A stretch of DNA of 64,000 nt from Octopus vulgaris (GCA_951406725.2 OX597819.1:85064001-85128000); one strand, 5' to 3'. Counted from the first letter of the stretch, positions 42,560-56,262 are shown. Notes: a model not told the origin generated them from the letters alone. Numbers and translations are program-made.

Positions 42560-43997
42560 GAGAGATGAGTATCTAAGTACATATTGCGAAAAAATACTTT
42601 TTTATCTCTCGAATTTACAAGAAAACCGTTCATTTCCATAATTTTATAACTTTCTTCTAGGCAAAATTTGCCGATCCTGTTATTATGCCTATAAGATGGA
42701 GCTGAAGAGAAAATTTTCCAAGAAATCGAGTAATCTATATTGCTTCTTTTCAGTTGCCAAACCTTTTAAGATAGACCTGAGCTGTTTTCTTTTCTAGGGT
42801 CATTAAAAGATGATATATGATTATTTAATCTTAATTTAAAAGGATTTTGTGTACATCCGATGGAAGTAAATTTTGAGAGATTATGGGTAATAATTGTTGC
42901 TTGGTATACTACATCTTTCATTTTACAGTTACCTTTTACCTCACAAGTATTCGGCTTTCTACAATTACAATTAGAACTATTAGCTGATGCTCTATTGCTA
43001 CGTCTATATGTATTAAGGGTAACTGAGGTTGTGTTTGTTGTTATTAGATATGGAATTATTGGGTTAACATGTACATTAGGGGTGGGGGTTATTATAGAAT
43101 TGGTCTAGTTTCCTATTTTTAAATGACGATATAATCCTAAATAAGCTAGGAGATACTAAAAATCCAAATCTTATCATTTTGTTATTAAATATTTTTGCAT
43201 ATTTAGAGTTTTTAAAGTTTTTTTTAATACTGTTTCCAGTTGATTTAATAAAATTGGATTTTAGATATTTTGCAAAAGGAATTATAATCCAAATGATGCT
43301 ATTGTTGTTTTCCTTATTGTCGTAGTAGTTTGTATTTTGTGGGTCATCTATTCGTACATGTGGTATATATTTATTTTTTCTATATTATTACCCCTAACTT
43401 TATTAATATTAGTTGTGTGGTTATGTGAGTTATTAGGAGGACGAGATGTAGTGTGATAATTTAGATTTTTAAACTGTGTAGGTTACATGTTCTTATTTCT
43501 ATCTATGGTTATTTGTTTTCGGTATTTATCGTCTGTATACTTAGGTTTAGTTACATTATTAATAATGTATTTGGTGATTTGTGGGTTGGTAAAATTAGTA
43601 TTATCCATTCTATTAGAGAGATTATGGTTATGGTGTTCATATTTATAGTGTTTATTATTATGATGCTTATTGTTGTTGTAGGATTTGTGTTTGTTGGTAA
43701 TGTTTTGCTGATGAATATTATTGAGAGAATTTAATTGTGTGTCTGGGTTTTCTAATTTACTAGTTGACGTGGGTTCAGTAATATGGTCAGTATTATTCTT
43801 ATCTAGATAATTTTTAGGATGATTAGAATAAGTGTTGTTGTTTTTGTTGTACTTAATTCGCTATTTATATCTTGCGTTATTAAGTGCTAGATTACAATAG
43901 TCTTTGCGCTTGTTTAATATTTCCTCATTGGATGATAATAGCTTAATTCTACTTTCTATGTTATAGGCTAGATTATTTATAATATTATGAGGATGTT
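42560..43997 (-). mobile_element. Old Penelope-like element fragment (thumb + GIY-YIG)
   Basis: The minus strand gives approximately NLAYNIESRIKLLSSNEEILNK, KIFNNK, CNCRKPNTCEVKGNCKMKDVVYQA and FKLRLNNHISSF. Confidence 0.75.
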
Positions 43998-44143
43998 TAC
44001 ATGTATGTATGTGATATTGTTATTAGGTTTATGGTAACGTTGATAAGATGATGTATTGTATGTGTGTATACATATATATAAGTATAATATAATTTATTCC
44101 TTATGATAAATGCTTTATATGATATGTATTTCACTATATTAAT

Positions 44144-44204
<61 letters not shown>

Positions 44205-44246
44205 AAGAGAGAGAGAGAGAGAGACTTACACACATATTTATATATA

Positions 44247-44410
44247 CAGGCTCAGACGTGACTGTGTGGTAAGAAGCTTGCTTCCCAACCACATAGTTCT
44301 AGGTTCAGTTCCACTGCGTAACACCTTGGGAAAGTGTCTTCTGCTTTAGCCTCGGATGGACTAAAGCCTTGTGAGTGGATTAGGTCGACAGAAACTGAAA
44401 GAAGCCCGAA

Positions 44411-44482
<72 letters not shown>

Positions 44483-44690
44483 ATGTTTGTGTGTCTGTGT
44501 CTGTGTTCCCCCCCACCGTTGCTTGATAACCAATGTTGGTGTGTTTATGTCCCTATAACTTAGCGGTTCGGCAACAGGAAGCCTATAGAATAAGTACTAG
44601 ACTAACAAAGAATAAGTCGACTAAAGGCGGTGCTCCGGCATGGCCGCAGTCAAATGACTGAGACAAGTAAAACAAAGAAAAGTTAAAGAA
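44247..44690 (+). mobile_element. Complete bipartite SINE family A: head + (TA)n + 3' module
   Basis: Head 44247-44411, (TA)n to about 44470, then the 3' module ending GACTGAGACAAGTAAAA. Further 3' modules lie at about 44870-45112. Confidence 0.88.
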
Positions 44691-44717
44691 TCTATCTATC
44701 TATCTATCTATCTATCC

Positions 44718-44803
<86 letters not shown>

Positions 44804-45189
44804 GTGTACGCGCGTGTGTGTGTGCGCGTGTGTGTGTGTGCGTGTGTGCATGTATGTGCGTGTGTGTGTATGTTTGTCCTCTTCCACCACTTGGCAAACG
44901 GTTCGTTGCAGTTCGGCAAAACAGACCGATATCTAAGTACTAGGCTTAAAAAAGTACTGGGGTCGATTCATCCAGCAAAAATTCCTTGAAGCTGGTGCTC
45001 TTGCATAGGTGCATCTAATGACTGAAACAAGTAGAAAATAAAGATAACATATAGAAGGCTGTGCCCAAGCATGGTCGCAGTCCAATGACTGAAACAAGTA
45101 AAAGGTAAAAGATATACGAGGATGAGTCAGAAAGTAATGCAATTTTTATTTCCTTTACTCTCTGACTCAAGCTCGTGTGTATGTGTGTG

Positions 45190-46066
45190 TCTATATATAT
45201 AAGTATCCAGACTATTGCCATAGTAATATAACCAAGCTAAAGTATGCAGAGTAAAGCCGCTTAGCACAGATTGATCTTGAACTCTGATGTGCATGCATAC
45301 TAAGTTTTAACGATGTAGCTTACTTTCGTTGTTTACGGCAGCGCTTGGAAGGAAGGTGCGTATCGTGTGGTGGCCGCATTGACCATGACAGAGAAAATTG
45401 GAGATGAGAATCTGCATCAAATTTTGCCAAAAGCTTGGTAATACCTGCTCAGAGGCCTACGCAAAGTTTCCCAAAAAGTTTTCTTAGTTCTCGAAACAAT
45501 CAAGAACATCTTGTGTAACTGAAACCCGTGTGTCTTTTTGATCAGCTGAAAGTAGTTTTGGCAAAACTTGGCAAACGCTCGTCTCATATCCAAGTCTTCA
45601 GTGATAATAGACTGAACTGAACCGTAACTAATCTGCACATCCTCTGATAACTCACAGATGGTGATTCGACGATCTTCCCTCACAGCTGCATGCACATCTG
45701 CGATGTTTTTGCAGTTCTATTGGTTGCGGGTCTCCTAGAACGTTCATTAATATCGACATTCCCTTGGCCATCTTGGAAACGTCTGAACCACTCGTACACT
45801 TGTGTGTGGCTCATATACTCCTCTCTATACACTTACTACATGGCCTCTGAGCAGGTATCGCTATGACAACTTTCTTTATCATGGTCAATGTGACGATCAC
45901 ACGCCACACACCTTCCTTCCAAGCATTTCTAGAAACAGCGGAAGTGAACTAGAACGTGAAAACTTAATGAACATGCACAGCAGAGTTCAAGGTCCAGCGG
46001 CTTCACTCTGCGTGCTTTAGCTTCGTTACTATGGCAACAGTCCGGATACTTATTGATCAGACTTCG
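45190..46066. mobile_element. Mariner-derived foldback made of two inverted 5' ends
   Basis: ATAAGTATCC.GACT.TTGCCATAGTAA appears at both ends in inverted orientation. Both arms carry GCTTGGAAGGAAGGTG...CATTGACCATGA and the transposase start (ICIKFCQKLG on plus; REDRRITICEL on minus). Confidence 0.8.
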
Positions 46067-46749
46067 TATATAAATGAATTTTATTGTGACGTAATATCAT
46101 GAGTAGACAGATATAGGACATGCAATATCCATAGGATCATACAATACATTACATAGAAACCCCCAACTCTTCAGGTTATACCATAATTTAAAATGGTAAA
46201 CAATGATATGCCACTATCTCTATTTACCTGTTCAAATTATGGTACAGCCTGAAGATTTGAGTGATTCTATGGATATTGCACGTCTATAATAGGATGTTAC
46301 AGCACAATACAACTTCTTAATGAAACATTGTAGATAATACCATAAAAGCCTGGTTTAATATTTACATTATGCTGCGCTTAAATTTCTATATAACCGTGAA
46401 TAATCTTGGATTTGCGAAATGCGAAAGACCAGTGATGATATCTCCTTCGCTAATCGTGCTATATACTATCAAGCCATTATGCGGAGCATGCTTCACTTCT
46501 GCTTTACCTCGATCTAGTCAATAAACTCTCACTAAATCTCTCTCTTTCTCTTGCTCTTTTCCTCTGTCTAGGTATATATGCGTGTGTGTGTATTAAATAG
46601 TATATTTTATATTATGTGTTGTGGAATAAAGGTAAAGTTAATATGGTATATAATACGGTGATCTCTACCTTTTCTTTTGACAATACGAACTCCAAAAATT
46701 AGAGAAACTTTAAAAAACACAGTAAAAGAAACATTTTCCTTATCATATT

Positions 46750-47760
46750 ATACCATTTTATACAAGAATAACGATTAAGTAGAATCCTTTAAAATATCGT
46801 GCAGAATCTCTTCAATGAAATAACAAGAGTCAAGAGGTTTAATAACTCGGTAACTTTTGTTGTCTTATGAAATTTTCCTAATTGTAACAATAGTGATGTT
46901 AGTGCACCACTCATTGACATGTTCAACTTTCGAAGCTGATTTCATGCATTGCTTTTTTTAATATTTTAAAACCATTATTAAGAATTCCGTTTTCAAGAAA
47001 TGGAAGCAGAATTATCAACACTTAAACTACATTTTTTTCAGTACGACCGCCTCGTTGAATATCATAACTCAGCGTTCATTAACTGTTGATGTAAAGAATT
47101 TTAATTTTCAGATCGAGTCAACATTTAATGCAAAAGTTGAATCTTTACTTCATTAGAAATATTCGACGTTTCGATGCATCGAATGGATTTAACACCTTGT
47201 TTGCGCTTTCTAGTGATTTATATTCTCTGGGGGAAAGTATTTTTCGGCATTAAATTTTAAATGGCAAAGATAATCTATGATATTGCCTATGATGGTACAG
47301 TAATCTTTAAAATCCGTCTCTGTCAGAGCTGTCAGTATGTAAGGGAAATTGGAAATGTCTGCTTTCTTAGCATTTTCATCTCAAAACGTTAAAAGAGCGT
47401 GAAATTATCGGATCTTGCTAATTACAAAATAGAATGATAATCAAAATAGAGGCTCATTCCTTTAAGTGATAATTTCAGCGTGTTTACATGTTCAAATGTA
47501 GAAATTATGTAACTCAGTATGATGATCAGGTCTTTGAGTAATCGAAGTCAGTCACAAAATCTAGCTTTGAAGTGGAGAAATGTGAGGATTTCCTTACGGA
47601 ACTTGAAAACCCGAATCAGAACTTTTTCTCATGAAAGTCATTTAACTGGAGAGTATAAAAACAAAACTGAGTATTCGGCATCCATGTCTTCAAAATGTCT
47701 TTGAAACATACACGATTTGTCTTGAATGCATTCTTAATATTGAAGCACTTCACAATGTCA
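46750..47760 (-). mobile_element. Decayed hAT (Buster/Charlie-type) transposase remnant
   Basis: The minus strand near 47570-47645 reads VK*LS*EKVLIRVFKFRKEILTFL, matching the RWLSRGKVLxRVFxLRxEI motif. Confidence 0.5.
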
Positions 47761-47772
47761 TCAAATAAGCAC

Positions 47773-48182
47773 ATGCATAGCTGTGTGGTAAAAAGTTTGC
47801 TTTCCAACTACATGGCTTCGGATTCAGTCCTACTGCGTGGTACCTATTTCTTTACTACCCACAAGGGGCTAAACACAGAGAGAATAAACACTGACGGACA
47901 GACGGATTAAGTCGATTACATGGATCCCAGTACGTAACTAGTATTTAATTTATCGATCCCGAAAGGATGAAAGGCAAAGTCGACCTCGGCGGAATTTGAA
48001 CTCAGAACGTAACGGTAGACGAAATACGGCTACGCATTTCGCCCGGCGTGCTAACGATTCCGCCAGCTCGCCGTCCAAGGTACCACGCGGTAGGTACCTT
48101 GGACAAGTGTCTTCTACAATGACCCGGGCCGACCAAAGCTTTGTGAGTGGATTTGATAGACAGAAACTGTATGGAAGCCTGT

Positions 48183-48243
<61 letters not shown>

Positions 48244-48465
48244 GTATCTATGTCTATGTCTATGTCCCCCACCATCACTTGACAATCAACGCTGGTTTGT
48301 TTATGTCCCAGTAATTTAGCACTTCGGTCAACGGGACAATAGAATAAGTACCATGCTTACAATAAGTACTGGGGTAGATTCAGTGGACTAAACCCTCCAA
48401 GGCAATGCCCCTGCACGGTCGCAGTCCAAACACTGAAAGAAGTAAAAAAATAAAAGGTAAATACC
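47773..48465 (+). mobile_element. SINE family A interrupted by a SINE family B insertion
   Basis: The head is split at GGTACCT (47839-45 and 48093-99), followed by a (CA)n centre and a 3' module to about 48465. Confidence 0.85.
47846..48073 (-). mobile_element. SINE family B, young, nested in SINE A
   Basis: Full-length reverse-complement copy with a 7-bp TSD, GGTACCT. Confidence 0.9.
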
Positions 48466-48670
48466 TTCTTTCGTATACTTGGGTTATTATTTTATTTTGA
48501 TGAAAATTCTCAGTAAATAATGCAATGGACGCTGATCCAGGTAGAAGAAGCGTGTTCCACATGCACCTGTACACCTGAAAACATACCAGTCATTGGTGTA
48601 GTCCCATCAGTAGTTGGAAAGAACATTTTTGATCTAGGAAATTCTGTCTTTAACAAGGAAATCATTATTG

Positions 48671-48879
48671 ATTTCAAATTTTGGCACAAGGCCAGGAACT
48701 TCGGGAACAGGGTTAAGTCGATTCCATTGAATCGAGTGTTCAACTGGTACTTATTTTATCGACCCTGAAAGAGTGAAAGGCAAAGCTGACTCGGCGGCAT
48801 TTGAACTCAGAACGTAAAGACGGACGAAATGCCGTGAAGCAAATTCCCGGCGTGCTAACGATTCTGTCTGCTCGCCGCC
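48671..48879 (-). mobile_element. SINE family B with a 17-bp TSD
   Basis: TSD CAAGGAAATCATTATTG at 48654-48670 and 48893-48909. Confidence 0.88.
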
Positions 48880-51645
48880 TTTAACAAAGAAGCAAGGAAA
48901 TCATTATTGCTGTTCAAAATAGCTCCACCAGTGTTTACCTTAATGCAACATATTGTTCAACTATATTCTATATACTGATCGCTCGTGTTGAATCTGGCAG
49001 TTTGCATAACAAGAAAAAACAAAGCAAAAAAAACACAATATTCCCAACATTTTTTTTTATCTATGGACCCCTCTGCTTCCTATTTTACTCTGATAGACCC
49101 CACTAGCCATTCGGTGTTCAAAAAATCATATTATATTTTTATAATTAAATATTAAGAACTGTATAAGGAAATTGTTAAAATTTTAGAAGCATAACCAATT
49201 TATTGCACATAAATTTTAAAAAGAAATTCTTAAATGGACACCCAAAGGCGATATGGACCCCGGTGGATAACCCCTGAGCTACATTATGACTGGGATATAA
49301 CAATTTACTCAAAGTATCCACCCCCAGCTTAAACCACGTGTTTTAAGCTGAAGGCTTAAAATAGTGCATAAAAAGTGATTTGTAAAAAGTAGCTTGAAGT
49401 TAGGTTTCTTCTCAAAGAACAAAGAATAAAAATAAATAAAAAAAACAAGACTTTGTAAAAGATTTGGGGCCTGGGTTTTCACCCCCCCTAAGCAAATTTT
49501 CATTCCAGAGCCAGTGATTCTATATATGTTACTGGAAATATCTAAAACATGCATACAATAAAGAAGCTGTACAGTATTAGCTATGTCGCGGCTCTCAACC
49601 ATTTGTAAACCATAGCATGATACATTTCGTTTTTTGTTGAAGACTTACTCATTTAAATTACCAGTACTTCGTTTTATTGTGCTGTTTATTAGAAAGTCGT
49701 GAATTATGATGAATGAATAGAAATATTTAGGAGAGTGTTTGGCAGATGAGTTTCTAGCGTAAATATAGATCGTGTGAACGGTCTTTATCAATATAATTGG
49801 TTCAAAGGTCGCTTAAAAATTTCACGATTTTTCGTCCTACGGAAGGTTATTTGAATGTGTTATTTACTGAAACCTATTGTTACTGAATCTATGCTATTTC
49901 ATAACTGACCAAGCTCTCGCGATTTCAAGTTAGCCCTCACTGCGCAACACATTGAAGAAGTTTCTTTCACTATAGTTCCGGGCAGACCAATGCCTTGTGA
50001 GTGACGGAAACTGTGGGAAGCCCGCCACAAACACACACACATATGCAGTATTTCAGCATGGACGCAGTCCAATGACTGAAACTAGTAATAGATAAACGAT
50101 AAATTTCGATTTTCTGTCGAAAGTAAATAAAGTAAGTTAGTTTTGAGTATCTACTGAAGTAGGTCAAATGTGGAAAGAGAACATTTTTCTTTCTACCTTT
50201 TTTTAATGATATGAATGAACTTTAAATATTAAAGAAATTGCTTTCACTGATTGACAGTATTTTTTATTCTAGCGTGAATAAAAGTACTGCATTATAAATA
50301 AATAAATAATAAAAAATTAATTGAAAATTATCTGATTTAATTTTTTTGGTGAGCACATCATATTTTAAACAATCATCTTTCATTATTTTTTGAAGTCAGT
50401 TATATTCTTTTTATTTAACGGTCCCTTGAGAGCAAAAATGATTTGGCATTGTTCAGAAAATGAAATGTTTGAGAAAATCCGAAATATTTTTTATAATGTT
50501 TTATCTAAAGTTAATAATTTTGATAAAATTTCTCTGTCAAACTTCACTAGCGAATCTTGATTAGACCATTTTTGTTACGAAGCCCACCAAAAACTTTTTG
50601 CGTAGCCTTCAGTTTTCTACGAATATTAATTCTGTTATATTGCATTGCAGAAAAGAAGTAAAATTGTTTTAGAAAGTCACAATAATGTTAGTTGGAAATG
50701 AGATCAAAAGGTTTATTTCTTTTCCATTGAAAACTAGGCTTAACTCTGTACTGCATATATGTGAAGACAATTGGGTAGCAATATGCACAGGTTGATAGTG
50801 TTAAAGTATCTAGTTAGTGCCGCAGAACTCCTGCCTATCATTTCTATCAAAGCTCGTAGGATTTAAATTTTTAATAAACAATAGTTTAATTAAAGTTCAT
50901 ATTTCCAACATTCGGTTTTGTGATTTTGATGGTGGCTATAACACCTTGGTTTCGATATCTGTTTAGGTGTTGTGGACTAGAAGAAATATTTGTATGAATG
51001 CACTCTTTAATGTGGATGGGCTTCTTGTGAACAGTGCTGCCGGTGTTAAACAATAATATTGGAGTTACTTTGGCCCACGCAGAAACTATAGGAGCTACTC
51101 AGAAATATTACAAGCTTTCCTGATTCTATTGCAATGTCAGAAATCGTTTCGTATCATCAGCAAGCATCCCAGGGTCACAAGCGTTTCACCCCTTCTACTT
51201 AGCCTGTATGTTCGCCTAAGTGAAGATTGAATTACTCTTCGCTCGCGAATGGGTTCCACTTGCTGTCTCTTGTTAACCATAGTCACTCGAACTGGCCTCA
51301 TCTACCATGCCTATCTCTTTAGTAGCATTTTTCAGGTGTTCGGGTTCCAGATCAATCTTCTGCTGGAAAGCCACGTTACTTAAGTTCGCAAATACCCACA
51401 TTGTGCGGGGTTAGCTGACCTGCTTGTATACATAGTTATGTGAGTACGCAGGAGAGATTTTCAGATAGCTATTTTCTCAAAGAAGTCGCCCTAGAGTTTG
51501 CTAGTCATTCATTATAGATCGGCTGTTAGATTGAAAAAATGGTTCTATCATTAAAAGACGGCACCTTGGAAAGTGAGTGTTGCCTCGAGATGTTATCATT
51601 CTTTGTGAGTATATCACCTGGTCGGTGTCTGGTAAACGAGTCTGG

Positions 51646-51717
51646 ATAGCTTTTATCTTTTAATTACATTTTGATGCTGGTAGCAGCATCAAAATGTAAT
51701 TTAAAGATAAAAGCTAT
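51646..51717. repeat. Near-perfect 34-bp hairpin with a 4-nt loop
   Basis: ATAGCTTTTATCTTTTAATTACATTTTGATGCTG-gtag-CAGCATCAAAATGTAATTTAAAGATAAAAGCTAT; 33 of 34 positions pair. Confidence 0.9.
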
Positions 51718-51734
51718 ACGAATTAATTCATTCT

Positions 51735-52180
51735 AGTTGTGTAGACGCCTTTGACATTGGCTGGCAGGGCTGATTCCCAATGCACCAATCGATCTCTGCG
51801 GGCAGCATCCCGTAGAAGATGGCATTATCGAGTTCTTCCTCAGTGATTTTGAGTCAGGATTCGAGGAGGCACACACTAAGAAAGAAAGAAAGAGAGAGAG
51901 AGAAAGAGAAAGAAAGAGAGAGAGAAAGAGAGAGAGAGAAAAAGAGAGAGAGAAAGAGAGAGAAACACTCATATGTAGTGTGTTGATGAGGGTGTCTTTG
52001 CCAGTCACTTGGATAGCCTTTTGAATATGATCCAGGATGTTTTTGTGTGTAACGTAAGCACCACTCCAAAGATGGGGGCAGTACTCAGCTGTGGCTTTTA
52101 CATGGGTTTTGTAAAGGACTAATAATCATAATTATAAATATAACTGATTAGAAGTAAAGTATTTTCTGGCCCTGAAGAGA
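51735..52180 (-). mobile_element. CR1/Jockey-like LINE remnant
   Basis: Minus strand approximately LYKTHVKATAEYCPHLWSGA...LDHIQKAIQ, interrupted by a GA-rich tract. Confidence 0.55.
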
Positions 52181-53908
52181 AAGGTTACTTGATTTTATCC
52201 AGGCAGGCCCCGCGTTACTGAAGCGTTGCACCCCTGAAAAATATCACCATAATGTTGAGTTCCGCAACAGAAAAACTATTTTCTCATTGATTTCCTTGTT
52301 ACAAAGATATCAATAAATATGGAATCAACCGTAAAATATGTTCTGTATTACGCTACTTAAGATTTTCAGCAAGATTTATAGCAAGATTTACAGCAAGACG
52401 TTGGAAGTAGAATAACTCACTTGCTATGCTGGTTTTTACTCCCAGCTCACGCCGGGCCTTTAATTCAACAGCAATGACTACAGCAATCATTACAGATCAC
52501 TAATTAATCCCAGTTTCATTCATGCTATTTCGTTTCTTTGTAGAGCGTAACGAATTCCGAACGAATGCATTATTGCTACAAGTTACAAAGCAATGTAACT
52601 TATGCAGGCCACAGTTGCCAATCGTTGCAGCTTACCCGATTTACAACCACAAGCCGTTACCGCTAACGCAGTTTATAGTTACAAACCATTGCAGTTTTCA
52701 CAGCTTGCAGTCACTCAACTTTCAATCGTTGTTGTATAAATGGAATTTCTACTTCGAATGGAAATGTTCGTGTGATGCACTAACATAAATTCTGCTTTGA
52801 AGACACTCGTCAGTAGGAGTTGCAATGGCAGGTAAAAGGTATCTAGTTAATGCACACGGGTGACTTTTTCCAGGTGTAATGGGCCATACTCTTCACTTAT
52901 ATTTCTAGTGTAGCTGTAAACATGCAGGCAAAATGTGATCACTTCGGTGATCTAGGGATATGGTTATTTATGCTCAGGTCGGCCCCGATCAAGCTATTCT
53001 ATGTTCAAAGGTATTCAAAAAACATTACATGCAGTCTTTTGTTATATCAAACTCTACACTGTCCAATGAGTTGTTCTTTGTTTTAACATGGCATTTTCAT
53101 AATATTTTATTGTTACTGGTTTCACTCATTGAAGTGTGGTCATGATTTTAGGTGTTTTTAGTCGATAACCCCAGGACTTAATCTGGACTTGTTTTATCGA
53201 TCTGTATCAAATGGCCAAAATTTACCTTTCTGGTAAACGCGCCGAATTGCATCGATATACACAAAAACACATTTAAATATACCTTAATACACATGCACAC
53301 ATGCACTCAGTCACTCACATTTACACACACACTCACAAACACACACACACTCACAAACACACACAATATATCATAAAGCATACACACATAAACTCATACT
53401 AACAGACGTGCAAACACGCACACACACACACGTACGTAATCTTGAATACACACAATCACATAAACACAATGGGCTTAGGCATACTTTTCGTCAACTAAAT
53501 TCCACTCACAAGACATTATCACGAAGCTAATAGAAGGAAACAGTTTTCAAAGGTACCACACAGGGTTTCCTGACAGATTGAGTGACCATCTAAAGACTTT
53601 CGTTTGGAAAATTTGAGAGTTTGGGCTTTGATTGTGTGAGGGATTTAAAAGGACATGTTTGGGAGATATATATCGTTTATCTGCTTAACTAACTCGTAGG
53701 TGTCATCGGTGAAGAACATGTGCTTCTAGAAGTAGCATAAAACTGGCCAAGTTCTGATCAGATAGCTTACTTGAAGTGGTTTACGGGTCGGGGTGGTGGT
53801 ATAGGAGCTTTCAAGGTCACTCAATCTGTCAGGAAACCCTGTGTGGTACCTTTGAAAACTGTTTCCTTCTATTAGCTTCGTGATAATGTCTTGTGAGTGG
53901 AGTTTTAA

Positions 53909-54140
53909 GGCGGCGAGCTGGCAGAAACGTTAGCACGCCGGGCGAAATGCTTAGCGGTATTTCGTCTGCGTTACGTTGTGAGTTCAAATTCCGCCGAGGT
54001 CGACTTTGCCTTTCATCCTTTCGGGGTCGATAAATTAAGTACCAGTTACGCACTGGGGTCGATGTAATCGATTTAATACCTATGTCCGTCCTTGTTTGTC
54101 CCCTCTGTGTTTAGCCCCTTGTGGGTAATAAAGAAATAGG
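53909..54140 (+). mobile_element. SINE family B, young, with a 14-bp TSD enclosing an extra 5' segment
   Basis: TSD GGTATAGGAGCTTT at 53798-53811 and 54139-54152. Confidence 0.92.
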
Positions 54141-54235
54141 TATAGGAGCTTTTGATGCGCACTATGTTGATGCGCGGTGAGTAGTCTTGATTAACTTTTG
54201 ATCGGATGGTCTGATAAATGTAGAAACGCTGTGTG

Positions 54236-54287
<52 letters not shown>

Positions 54288-55460
54288 TGGAACATTTGAA
54301 GTGTTGTTATGGGAAACAAATGGGTGATGCTGCTGTTGCAGAGAGTTCAGAATAGGACAAGACTTTGCTTCTGCGCAGTAACATAGCGCAGGATAAGTGG
54401 CTGATCAAGAGGAGTTGTGAATATTGAAGGATGCTAACCTCAGAGAAAGGTGATACAAGATGGAATATTATATTAAATGTAATGTGTGGTTGCCAAATAA
54501 CTGATTATGGATGGAGGAATTGGGAGAGCAATTGAGAAAGTATACGAATTTAGAAGATGAGGAGTTGAATGTGGTGAGCAGATTAACTGGAAATCCTTGT
54601 CGCTGGTTTCCGACTGAAAAGTGAGTGGTAGAGATACTGTATTCTACAAATGTGCAATGATCTCCTTCCAGAGTGAATCTGAGATAAAGGATGACAGAGA
54701 CTAGAAATAAAGGATGACAAACTTATGTCTCCAAAGAATAAGATGTCTGGCTTGGGTGTTAGTGAGTGGTGACCGGCGGGCTCCTGGTTGGATCTATGTC
54801 CATGGTTGTTATATAGAAAAGTGAACAAGTAAGATTCTGACTGGTTTTCTTTTTACTTGATCTTCTTACCGCAACGCACTTTATCTGCTACTGCAACAGT
54901 TTGACAATCAACCGTCTTTTAATGCCTTTTATATTTACTCCTAATATCGATTCAAGGCTAAGTGATTTTGGGAAGAATACATTCAATTAAACATACCCAT
55001 CGTGATTTATTTTATCCACTAGAAAGAATGAAAGTTAAGATTGAACTCAGAATATAAAATATCGTAAGTAATTTCACAAGGCATTTTATCCGACACTCTT
55101 TATTCTGCAAATACAACACCCGTTTGATGCACTTAATAATATGTAAGAGCTAAGACTATACACTCCACTTTTCGTTCATAAGCTTAGAACAATTCTGCGG
55201 AATGGACATTTCACGTGTTATTCGTATCAATTTCTTATGCTTACGTGAAGAAAATAATTAAAATAATTTCATAAGGCGTTGATATTTATTTACCCATAAA
55301 GTGCATATTTGTCAATCGAATATGTACTAATCGCTCGAGTGAAATAATTTATCGCTTTGTGGAGCGAATTTTCCTTTTGTCGTGAATATACACGCGTAAG
55401 TGTGTATGTGTGTGTGAGCGTGTATGCGAATGTGTGCATGTATGTGTAAACGTATGTATG

Positions 55461-55498
<38 letters not shown>

Positions 55499-55573
55499 TA
55501 TGTGTGTGTATATGTATGTATATATATACGTGTGTATATATGCGTACGTACATGTATATAACATTATATACAT

Positions 55574-55614
<41 letters not shown>

Positions 55615-55632
55615 TATATACATATATATATG

Positions 55633-55749
<117 letters not shown>

Positions 55750-56262
55750 CGTATATGCAGAAGCTGGACTAAAAGAAAATCACTTGTATAAAACAATAGC
55801 AATAAGAGTTGTAGCAATTATAATATTTACAGCATTATGAAAATATGGAATGCAAAGCATTGAGATACGTATTTATAAATTCCGGGGGTAAAATATTGTG
55901 TTTTAGATAATTTGAACACAAACGCTAATTTCATGCACAGAATCCAATACAGAGCGATGCAGATACGGATATAGATTGGTTCAGATATTTATAATGTGGA
56001 AGTATATACTTAATTATATATATATTCAGTCAAATAATAATCTAGCTGCATTCATGCTTATAATTATTTTTATGTATTTCATATATGAATAATTATATTT
56101 CGCACGCAAAGACACGCGCGTAGATATATAACTGAAAGATAGGAGAAAGATGAAAAGCACAAAAGGGGAAAAAAAAGTTTTAAAAAATGAACACAAGTGC
56201 ACAAAACACACTCATACACACGTGTGTGTACATGTATAGGTATGTTTAGATATGTATATATT

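Noticed and set aside
49040-49280. hAT-MITE-like segment with repeated ATGGACCCC
   Set aside because: Only one plausible terminus and no TSD could be identified.
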